Source of the DNA: Opitutales bacterium
GTDB lineage: Bacteria > Verrucomicrobiota > Verrucomicrobiia > Opitutales > PNEW01
Reading direction: 5' to 3'
Assembly: GCA_965197745.1 (NCBI GenBank)
Contig: CBDANS010000007.1
Span: 64,001 to 128,000, forward strand
Length of the DNA: 64,000 nucleotides
Part shown: in pieces, positions 1 to 8,126 of the stretch
Position numbering within the stretch: the stretch's first letter is position 1
How the letters are laid out: every line of letters begins with the position of its first letter
The notes under the pieces: generated by a model
Database searches by the model: none
Told to the model about the DNA's origin: nothing
What the model saw: the letters and a program-made list of their open reading frames with translations, nothing else
Made by a program: the position numbers and the translations under genes

Positions 1-86
1 CCGGTCAGGGCTTGATCGTCGATGGCGGCCAAATCGCCTGTCAGGATAATCAGCGATTCATGGAGATTGTAAAGAAGAGCTCGTAA
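1..86 (+). CDS. C-terminal fragment of an SDR-family oxidoreductase (truncated by window edge)
   Basis: Frame from nt 3 reads GQGLIVDGGQIACQDNQRFMEIVKKSS*; (T)GQxLxVDGG is the typical SDR C-terminal motif. Not in the ORF track. Confidence 0.75.
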   Translation, partial: GQGLIVDGGQIACQDNQRFMEIVKKSS

Positions 87-225
87 GCTGACAGAATGCA
101 TTGCTTATTAGCAAAGAGCATCACGAAATGCCACTTAACGTACCCATTAAAACACCGACAACGAAGCGCTCGACATCAGTATTTTTTTAGATTTCCTGAC
201 ATCGTTTCCTTTCAGGGTTAATGTT

Positions 226-1488
226 TTACGAGTGATGAAATAATTCCAAATCAGTGAGACGCTCACTTTCTAATAATTGCTTATGACGTTTATTGAAAGC
301 TGAACTGCGGTCATTTTCGATGACCTCAAGGGAAACGCCGCGTTCGAAGCCCGGTAGATTTCCCTGGTAATACTCCTTCTGGTAGACGGCTTCGTCAGTG
401 AATTCCCATATCCGTTTTTTCTTTCCGCTCCCCGGCCAGGTAATACGGTGAATTCTTTTTTTTCGGCGATAAAGGTCGGTGGGGGTGGGATCATCCTGGT
501 TGACGGTATATTTTGTGAGGGCTTTCTCGTCCACTTCTATTCCAAGCCCCGGCGCTTCCGGTACTTCAATATAACCATCTACTACTTTAAATTTCTCAGA
601 GAGGAGATCGTGTTTCCATAGATCATGACAAGTAATATAGGGTAACCGGGCATGAGAAAGGACCGAACCCAGATGAATGGCAAAAGCGGTAGTGATTCCG
701 GTTCCTACCATTTGCAACCAGAAAGGTTTGTTGAAGGATGCGGCTAAAGTCGCCTGGCGAAGCGTCTCTATTATACCAATGCCGATAACAAATCCATCGC
801 ACGCATTAGCGTGAAGGTATGCTTCATTGAAATGTTCGACGATGGGTTTTCGAATACGCTCACATAATAGCTTTGCTCCGGGTAAATCACGTTCCAGGTA
901 AAAGGGGCTTTCGAAAATCCCCACATTGGGGTGTTCGCCAAGCTGCTGAAGAACAGTCTCAGCCCTGGGCTCATTCAGGAGGAATCCATTGAAGTCCAAA
1001 TCGAATTTATAGTCTGCGGGAACAACGTTTCCCACGGCTTCCACCTGTCGGAAAATATCACGCCAGGGCCTGGCTTTCATCTTGAAAGAAGTATAACCAC
1101 GTTTAAGCGATTCTTTTGCTTCTGCAGCCCAGTCTTCATGCGGCATGTCAATGTCCCACCAGGATATCGGGCAACGATTGCGAACCTTTCTCCCCAACAG
1201 GGCATGAACCGGTGTGCCAACGGATTTACCGACTGCATCCAAAACAGCCACTTGAGGTCCAAAACCGATGCGGTCATCATGCATAAGGGTAAAGGGGTTA
1301 TGTCCTATCAATTGATCTGAGTCGTGTACCGATAGACAATCGCCGTAACCGACGATACCGTTATCAAGTTCAATTCGGTAAACATAAACCCGTTCACTGT
1401 AGGCTAAAGCCCGGTTCATCGCCCTTGTAACACGCGCGGAGTAAAATGGAATATTTAAAGCTAACCGTGTTGCGTGTTTTATTTTCAT
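226..1488 (-). CDS. Mandelate racemase/muconate lactonizing enzyme (enolase superfamily) protein
   Basis: KxK motif (FKMKAR), DFN, ESP and EH metal-ligand positions, and PGLGIEVD near the C-terminus; extended C-terminal tail. Confidence 0.88.
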   Translation of the reverse strand: MKIKHATRLALNIPFYSARVTRAMNRALAYSERVYVYRIELDNGIVGYGDCLSVHDSDQLIGHNPFTLMHDDRIGFGPQVAVLDAVGKSVGTPVHALLGRKVRNRCPISWWDIDMPHEDWAAEAKESLKRGYTSFKMKARPWRDIFRQVEAVGNVVPADYKFDLDFNGFLLNEPRAETVLQQLGEHPNVGIFESPFYLERDLPGAKLLCERIRKPIVEHFNEAYLHANACDGFVIGIGIIETLRQATLAASFNKPFWLQMVGTGITTAFAIHLGSVLSHARLPYITCHDLWKHDLLSEKFKVVDGYIEVPEAPGLGIEVDEKALTKYTVNQDDPTPTDLYRRKKRIHRITWPGSGKKKRIWEFTDEAVYQKEYYQGNLPGFERGVSLEVIENDRSSAFNKRHKQLLESERLTDLELFHHS

Positions 1489-1690
1489 TTTTATATCACC
1501 TTTAGGTTAAAGATCATGATCGTGTTTTATTCCCCCCGCTGGAAATCTTTCTTAGTTCTGTTTTAAAGTTTTATTTCTTAAGGGTGCTATATTTTTTAAA
1601 TAGACCTTCTTCTTCATTTAAAATTTAGCAAACTATAAAATTGTAAGCAATATGTGGACGAGGATGAAGATTAAAAATTCAAGCTGATCA

Positions 1691-1760
1691 CCCCGGAGGG
1701 GTGTAACAATCGAAGCCCGCAGCGCAAGCTGTGGGCTAAGCCTATGCCGCCCCTCCGGGG
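1691..1760. repeat. REP-like palindromic element
   Basis: CCCCGGAGGGG (1691-1701) and CCCCTCCGGGG (1750-1760) are inverted and enclose the hairpin AGCCCGCAGC-GCAA-GCTGTGGGCT. Confidence 0.7.
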
Positions 1761-1893
1761 CTGATTGAGTATGGTAAGTTTAAGTTTTTAACATCTACCT
1801 TTTTACTTTATTTCGTAAGTATCTAAGAGGAACGAGGAGGAAGACGAAGACGAGGATTACCTTGATTATACTGTGTCTTAAAGCCCTTAATAA

Positions 1894-2766
1894 TCACCCT
1901 TTAAGGGCACCGGCGGCAACACCTTTAACAATATGGCGTTGGAGTAAAATATAAAAGATAAGCGTGGGGATGAGCACTAAGACAAGTCCCGCGAAACAGA
2001 CGCCCCAGTCGCTGCGATATTGTGAAGTAATCGCAATATTTGCCAGACCAAGTGGTAGGGTCCTAATACTTTCACTGCTTTCACCGGAAAGGAACATGTA
2101 GGCTATAAAGTACTCATTCCAGAACGAGAGAAAGGTAAAAATGGCCACGGTTACTAATCCCGGTCGGGCGAGGGGCAACATAATGCTCCAGAAAATTCGC
2201 CATTCACTACAACCATCAATTTGCGCGGCTTCGTGGAGCGATCGGGGTAACGTTTTAAAAAACCCGGCGAGGATAAAGATGGCAAAGGGCAGTCCTCCGG
2301 TAATATAGACAAGGGTCAAGCCCAGGCGCGAATTCAGCAAACCCCACTCGCGCATCTGAAAGAAGAGAGGGATGATCGATAACTGCACGGGAATCATGAG
2401 TCCGGAGAGAAAGAGGTAAAACATTACCGTGCTCCCCGGGAATCGAAATCGACTCAGGGCATAGGCTGCCATCGATGCCAGGATGAGGCAGAGAGTAAGC
2501 GCGCACGCCGTTACGAGCGCACTATTGAGAAAATACTTCGAGAAGTGTGCCCCTACCCAGGCACGCTCAAAATTTTCCCATTGCAGATTTTCAAAATCAG
2601 GAAGAGCAAAAGGTTCCAGGAATATTTCCTGGTCCGTTTTCAAAGCGGTATAGTTCATCCAAATTAAAGGGTAAACAACAACTATAAGATAGCTCAGGAG
2701 TACACTAAAAATCAGCATCTTCACGATAGGTTCAATGATTTGCTTTCGGCCGGGTTTGTTTTTCAT
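1894..2766 (-). CDS. Carbohydrate ABC transporter permease (MalG-like)
   Basis: Multiple TM segments; EAA loop EAAQIDGCS; C-terminal GALKG. Confidence 0.93.
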   Translation of the reverse strand: MKNKPGRKQIIEPIVKMLIFSVLLSYLIVVVYPLIWMNYTALKTDQEIFLEPFALPDFENLQWENFERAWVGAHFSKYFLNSALVTACALTLCLILASMAAYALSRFRFPGSTVMFYLFLSGLMIPVQLSIIPLFFQMREWGLLNSRLGLTLVYITGGLPFAIFILAGFFKTLPRSLHEAAQIDGCSEWRIFWSIMLPLARPGLVTVAIFTFLSFWNEYFIAYMFLSGESSESIRTLPLGLANIAITSQYRSDWGVCFAGLVLVLIPTLIFYILLQRHIVKGVAAGALKG

Positions 2767-5042
2767 TGATAGACCTCCACCGTTTCCCGTTTCATCAATC
2801 GTATCGTAACCATCGCGCCAAAGAAAACTAAGACAAATAATAGGACCGCGATCGCCGTCGCCTGACCTACCTTAAATTCCTTAAACATTGTGGTTACCAT
2901 GTAGGTGCCAATGACATGTGTGTTCGAAGTCGGCCGTTGGCTCGTCAGCAACCAGATATTTTCAAACGCTTTTAAGCCGCCGATGACCATGAAGACTGCA
3001 GAGATAGTAAGCGCTTCCCAGATCTGCGGTATGGTAATGAAAATAAACTGCTGCCAGGTGCTGGCACCATCAATCGACGCTGCATCGTATAAAACGGTGT
3101 CCACGTTTTCCATCGCGGCGAGGTAAAGAATCATGTTGAACCCACAGGCGCCCCAGATGGCCATAGGTATTAACGACCAGTATAAATGATCCTGTGAGAG
3201 CCAGGGATAATTCTCAAACTGCGTGAAACCCAGGCCGACAAACGCACCATTGACCAGTCCCCCCTGGGGATCATAAGCGTTCATCCACAAAAGGGTAATG
3301 GCGATGCCCCCCATGATGTTCGGAAAGAAAAAACAGATGCGAAACAAATTGCTGCCCCAGATCCGACGGCTGATAAGAAAAGAAATAAAAAGGGCGATGG
3401 GAATGACGAAGAGAGTCGGAACAAACATCACGAATAAATTATTTTTCAGTGCCTTCCAAAATATATCACTCTCAAACAAAAGCCGTTTGAAGTGAAGCAG
3501 CCCCAAATACTCACGATCGGTAATTCCATCCCACCGGGTAAAGGCCCAGACAAAAGATTCCAATGATGGTTTAATGGAAAAAACCAGATACATTACCATC
3601 GCCGGTCCTATGAATAAAAGCACATAGTGCGCTTTCAACTTGCCCGGAGAATGACTGACCGTCTTTATTTTTCTTCTTGCTTTAAGCTGGCTGTAAACTG
3701 TGTAGGTTAAAGCGGCTACAATAATGAAAATAAGAAGGGATCCAGCCGTGGTATGACGATAGACAACTTTCTTGGGATTAATTCTGATAATCCTTTCTTT
3801 CTCTGCTGCCGCTTCGAGAAAATCACCGAATGCTTCTGGAGAAATTTCACCATACATGAGCATCGCCCGCGCATCTTCTTCTGCTTGAGCCATCCCTGGA
3901 TATGGGGGTGATGAGCCCAATGGTGAGCCGTAGGCATCGGTTGAGTTCTCAATGATCCTTGCCATATCATGCATCAAAGGTGAGTAGCTTTCCAGAGGTG
4001 TTCCTATGATCGCGGTGGGGGAATCCTGTCTCTCGGTGAAGGCTTTCGCCCATCGACGGGAGGTCAGAAAACGAAAAAAATCAACGGTCACATCACTATT
4101 TTCCACCTCTTTAAAAAGGAAGAAATAATCACTTCCGGCATCGACTGCATTCTTAGATCCTTTTCCCTCCGGGAAAACTGGCATTCTAAAAGCTCCGAGC
4201 TCAAAATCCTCGGGAATTTTTCCTGCCATTTCGCTCACTATCCATGAGCCGTTGGCGATCATCGCGGTATTGCCTTGAAAAAACTGTAACTGGGAACCGG
4301 TATGACTCATCCCTTCCCACCCGTCCTGGAAATACTGGGTGGAAAGCCTCTGAAGAATCCCCGCGGCTTTTTTGAATTGAGGATCGGAACGTGTCCCTAT
4401 CTCGAGAAGATTATAACGTCGATACAAATCCGGCCCAGCCAAGTTGTAATAGGCCGCTCTTAAGATCATATCGCCATAGCCCATGTAAACACCGGGGAAT
4501 GCGAATGGCGCAATATTGACTGCTTGGACTTGATCGCAAAGGCTGAAAAGCTCATCCCAGGTTTGAGGAATTTCCCAATCATTATCTCTGAACAGAGTTT
4601 TGTTATACAAAATCAGCTTGGTGGCATAAGCAAAAGGCAATGCCCAGACATGTTCGCCGTCCTGCCAATGTTCAATTGCCCCAGGAAGAAAAGTATCACG
4701 CCACCGGGCATCATTCTCCCAATTGGGTCCTTCCAGGTAAGGTGCCAGGTCAAGAATTTTCCCGGCTTTAATTAAGTTATAGTAGGACAGGTCTGATGCT
4801 GTCGCGTTAGGATAATTACCTTCTATGACACGAATACGCACCTGATCCGGCATGCGTGGATCGCCGTATAGATTGATCTTAACACCGGGATGTCCTTTCT
4901 CAAATGTGCGCGCAACATCCTGATAAAATTTAACGCCATACCCACCCTCAAATATAGGAATATCAATCTCAATTGGTTCTTCGGCAAAGAGAGTGAATGC
5001 AAAAATCAAAGTGAGGCAGAGGGTGACGACTTTGATTTTCAT
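2763..5042 (-). CDS. Fused extracellular solute-binding protein plus carbohydrate ABC permease (MalF-like)
   Basis: Signal peptide, then an SBP-type domain of about 420 aa (FEGGYG, LYNKTLF, PQTWDEL), a linker TM, and a permease with YDAASIDGAS. Overlaps the next gene at ATGA. Confidence 0.88.
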   Translation of the reverse strand: MKIKVVTLCLTLIFAFTLFAEEPIEIDIPIFEGGYGVKFYQDVARTFEKGHPGVKINLYGDPRMPDQVRIRVIEGNYPNATASDLSYYNLIKAGKILDLAPYLEGPNWENDARWRDTFLPGAIEHWQDGEHVWALPFAYATKLILYNKTLFRDNDWEIPQTWDELFSLCDQVQAVNIAPFAFPGVYMGYGDMILRAAYYNLAGPDLYRRYNLLEIGTRSDPQFKKAAGILQRLSTQYFQDGWEGMSHTGSQLQFFQGNTAMIANGSWIVSEMAGKIPEDFELGAFRMPVFPEGKGSKNAVDAGSDYFFLFKEVENSDVTVDFFRFLTSRRWAKAFTERQDSPTAIIGTPLESYSPLMHDMARIIENSTDAYGSPLGSSPPYPGMAQAEEDARAMLMYGEISPEAFGDFLEAAAEKERIIRINPKKVVYRHTTAGSLLIFIIVAALTYTVYSQLKARRKIKTVSHSPGKLKAHYVLLFIGPAMVMYLVFSIKPSLESFVWAFTRWDGITDREYLGLLHFKRLLFESDIFWKALKNNLFVMFVPTLFVIPIALFISFLISRRIWGSNLFRICFFFPNIMGGIAITLLWMNAYDPQGGLVNGAFVGLGFTQFENYPWLSQDHLYWSLIPMAIWGACGFNMILYLAAMENVDTVLYDAASIDGASTWQQFIFITIPQIWEALTISAVFMVIGGLKAFENIWLLTSQRPTSNTHVIGTYMVTTMFKEFKVGQATAIAVLLFVLVFFGAMVTIRLMKRETVEVYQ

Positions 5043-5084
5043 CGATCATCCATGGTAGTTGATTATCTGCTACTTTTAATATCT

Positions 5085-6113
5085 TTACCTCTTGGTATTT
5101 TCAAAAAAAAATACCTTGGGAGGTTTAACACCTGTTTCTTTCGCGGTTCTCTTAAGCAGCTCTATGTCATCCAGCCCTAAAGGTACACCATCGCGCCGAT
5201 ATTCCTGTTCCCTATGGAATTCAACGGTACCAGGCAAAGTGGCTTCATCGTAACCGCGCACAGGTTCCATATTCTCTCGCACGCCTCGCACCAAACTGTC
5301 GATTCCTGAACGGAACTGTGAAGGTTCAGTAAACATTCCTATATCCATAATTAGGATCATTCCCCCTAAATAAGCTTCCGGCCATTTCCTGGTTACTTCT
5401 ACAGCTTGAGGGCTATCTACGCCAACAAAAACACCGCCGAGTGCCCAGGCCACACCCGTATAACCCATGGACTTAAAAAAGGCTGCCGGTATGAGTTCTT
5501 GTAAATAATCGAATTCTCCTTCGATTTGGTCGTCACCCAAAATTCGAGTGGCTACATCCAGGACCAGGGGTGGTTCGTCCCGGCCAGGTAAACCAAAGCA
5601 CAGAGCTCGATTGCCCCAATAGGCAGACTGCGGACGTTTGTTTGAATTTGTTTTGCTGATAAAGCTTGGTAGGCCTTGGACCGACATAGCAGTGTAACCT
5701 TTTTCCATGGCTCTGCGGACATAGTGGCCGGCAGCGCCGTAATGACCAATATGACAGGTCGCTCCTACGGCAATGCCTTTTTCAGCAGCCTTGTTCAAAG
5801 CAAGTTCTGTGGCCATCATCATCGGCGTATACCCCAGGCCACCATCTCCGTCTATCAGAACAGTATTATCAGTTTCCTTAATTACCTTAGGATTTGGCTC
5901 TGGGTTTATCACTTTATCTCTAAGGTGCTGGCAATACGGATTAAGCTGTCGAGTGCCATGGGAGCGTACACCGCGCAAGTCGGCGTTTGTTAGTAACTCG
6001 GCTACCTGTTCTGCGTGATTCACCCGCAGGCCAGCGGTTCTGAGGCAGGTAGCTGCAAATTGGTAGAGCTGATCCGAGGGAACACGTATGAATTTATCAG
6101 GAGGACTGTTCAT
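5085..6113 (-). CDS. Ldh_2 family (malate/L-lactate/ureidoglycolate-type) NAD(P)-dependent oxidoreductase
   Basis: ADLRGVRSHG, DGDGGLG and HYGAAGHY motifs; start reassigned to the ATG at 6113. Confidence 0.88.
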   Translation of the reverse strand: MNSPPDKFIRVPSDQLYQFAATCLRTAGLRVNHAEQVAELLTNADLRGVRSHGTRQLNPYCQHLRDKVINPEPNPKVIKETDNTVLIDGDGGLGYTPMMMATELALNKAAEKGIAVGATCHIGHYGAAGHYVRRAMEKGYTAMSVQGLPSFISKTNSNKRPQSAYWGNRALCFGLPGRDEPPLVLDVATRILGDDQIEGEFDYLQELIPAAFFKSMGYTGVAWALGGVFVGVDSPQAVEVTRKWPEAYLGGMILIMDIGMFTEPSQFRSGIDSLVRGVRENMEPVRGYDEATLPGTVEFHREQEYRRDGVPLGLDDIELLKRTAKETGVKPPKVFFFENTKR

Positions 6114-6348
6114 CCAGACTCGTTGAATCAGGCACAATATCACTTATTATGCAATTTTAAGTTTTGTATTTCAAAATAAGCACTTCTTTATATCAACGTC
6201 GACACCCGCACTGACAGTAGGATCAACCATATGACAGGTAGGCTGCTTGATTCCAATCGATTTTCTCAATTCGTCGAGATGACGAAATTCTTTGAATGCG
6301 GAATCTATAAGGATCACTTAATGATAGAACTGAAAACGCTTTCAATCA

Positions 6349-7566
6349 TCAGGGGCGGACCGGTGTTCCATCAGAGATGCGGGTCTGCGTCCCCCATTGC
6401 AATAATTGCATGGCTTCATCTTTACAGGGGTGTTTGGCCGCAAGCGATTCATCGATGTCGATGCCGAGTCCAGGTTTATCACTTGGATACAAGTACCCAT
6501 CGCGGACTTCAGGTATGCCGGGAAACATGTCACAGGTTAAATTATTAAAACGGCACCACTCCTGTATTCCAAAATTCGGAGCCCAAAGATCGAGGTGGAG
6601 ATTGGCGGTGTGGCCGATAGGTGAGACGTCACCCGGACCGTGCCAGGCAGTACGAACGCCATACATCCTGGCAAAAGCGGCAACGTTTCGAGCTGGAGTA
6701 AGACCACCCATGACGCTGATGTGCATACGGATGAAATCGATGAGGCGATCCTGGATAAGGGGGGTCCACTCAAGGGGGTGGGTAAAGAGCTCACCCATAG
6801 CGAGAGGAGTGGAAGACTGATTTCTTAGATGGCGAAACCATTCAAGGTCCTCGGGTGCAAGTGCATCTTCGAGGAAAAATAGTTTATAAGGTTCTACATT
6901 TTTGGCAAAAGCAATGGCGTCGATGGGCTGGAGTCGTTCATGAACATCGTGAATGAGTTCTATTCCTGGTCCTACGGATTTCCGGATATGCTCAATCATC
7001 TCGACTACTTCCCGAGCATAGGCTCGAGGATCAAAGTAAACACCATCGGGCGCGCCTTCAGGCTTGCGCAGTTTCGATGATTGACCACCATAGCCGCCCA
7101 TCTGAATGCGAATATATTTGTAACCCTGCTCGATAAATTGATTTACGCTATCTTCAACTTCATGCCTATCCTTTCCGTCCGCGTGGACATACACCGCCGC
7201 GCCCTCCCGGCATTTTCCCCCGAATAGTTGATAGACCGGCATGCCCGCGCGTTTACCTTTAATATCCCAGAGGGCTATATCCACTCCGGAAATGGCATTG
7301 TTTAAGACTGGACCGTTGCGCCAGTAAGCGTTGACCATCGACATCTGCCAGATCTCCTCAATCTTATCAACGTCTCTTCCGATGAGGAAGGGGCGAAGGT
7401 GGTCCTCGATAGTTTTATGAACCGCGTGAAATCGAGGAGAAAGAGAGGCACAACCCAATCCATAAAGTCCGGATTCAGAGGTGATGATTTTTACAACGAG
7501 AAGAGGTAAGCCTTCCGGCTGGGTCAAAATCGGTTTTACATCTTTTATCGTTACGGTCGAAGCCAT
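6349..7566 (-). CDS. RspA/ManD-like sugar-acid dehydratase (enolase superfamily)
   Basis: YWRNGPV, HDVHERL, FFLED, MGELF and WHGPGD motifs of the mannonate dehydratase subgroup. Confidence 0.9.
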   Translation of the reverse strand: MASTVTIKDVKPILTQPEGLPLLVVKIITSESGLYGLGCASLSPRFHAVHKTIEDHLRPFLIGRDVDKIEEIWQMSMVNAYWRNGPVLNNAISGVDIALWDIKGKRAGMPVYQLFGGKCREGAAVYVHADGKDRHEVEDSVNQFIEQGYKYIRIQMGGYGGQSSKLRKPEGAPDGVYFDPRAYAREVVEMIEHIRKSVGPGIELIHDVHERLQPIDAIAFAKNVEPYKLFFLEDALAPEDLEWFRHLRNQSSTPLAMGELFTHPLEWTPLIQDRLIDFIRMHISVMGGLTPARNVAAFARMYGVRTAWHGPGDVSPIGHTANLHLDLWAPNFGIQEWCRFNNLTCDMFPGIPEVRDGYLYPSDKPGLGIDIDESLAAKHPCKDEAMQLLQWGTQTRISDGTPVRP

Positions 7567-7639
7567 ATCATTTTTTAACTTTTATTTTATTGTTTAATTA
7601 TTCCACTCATGAGCGAATATAAAATGTTGCGATTAATTA

Positions 7640-7745
7640 TGAACTGTCCCTGTAAAACTGGACCAGCAAAGATTTAGTCTGACGTGGGTGTAAAACCTAA
7701 TAAAAAAATAGGAGATAGAACCACTCATGAAAAGGGTGCGCCAAT
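7640..7745 (+). mobile_element. Remnant left end of an IS3-family-like element
   Basis: Starts TGAACTGTCCCTGTAAAACTGGACCA (IS3-type terminal repeat starting TG), then RBS AGGAG and ATG at 7727 reading MKRVR like an orfA start. The frame closes after about 22 codons. Confidence 0.55.
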
Positions 7746-7755
7746 ACCTCAAAAG

Positions 7756-7815
7756 TTCCTGCCAATTCCTGTCAAAATACTACCAAAATATGTGATTCCT
7801 GTCCATTCCTGCCAG
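7756..7815 (+). repeat. Two pairs of 10-bp direct repeats (candidate integrase arm-type sites)
   Basis: TTCCTGCCAA 7756, TTCCTGTCAA 7766, TTCCTGTCCA 7796, TTCCTGCCAG 7806. Confidence 0.6.
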
Positions 7816-7937
7816 ACATTTTGAGGCAACGTAGGAAACCAAAGGAAAATATAAATTATTTTTCAGTCGTTATTTATACCGAACTTTTTATTAATAAACA
7901 GCTTCCGTGGTATTAAAAAGTCCCGTTTATACACGAA

Positions 7938-7960
7938 TTCAAGTCCCGTCTGTCTCGCCA
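7938..7960 (+). other. tRNA 3'-end fragment (Asp-like), probable att site of an integrative element
   Basis: TTCAAGT-CCCGT-CTGTCTC-G-CCA equals T-loop, 3' T-stem strand, 7-nt acceptor strand, G discriminator and CCA. The 5' half of a tRNA is absent. Confidence 0.65.
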
Positions 7961-8126
7961 AAATTTGCATTCGCAAATTTTACCCACCGAAGTTCGCATG
8001 GAAAATGTCGGCATGCGATAGAGGGACTCGGAACTAGCAAAAAATAAAAATGCTAAAATGAGAAGCCTAACCCCCTTTTGACTTCGCATCTATTCAAGAA
8101 TTAATTGATCCATTGAAGGAGTTGAA

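Noticed and set aside
7890..7960. Complete tRNA gene
   Set aside because: Only the 3' 23 nt fit; no 5' T-stem strand, anticodon arm or D arm lies upstream.
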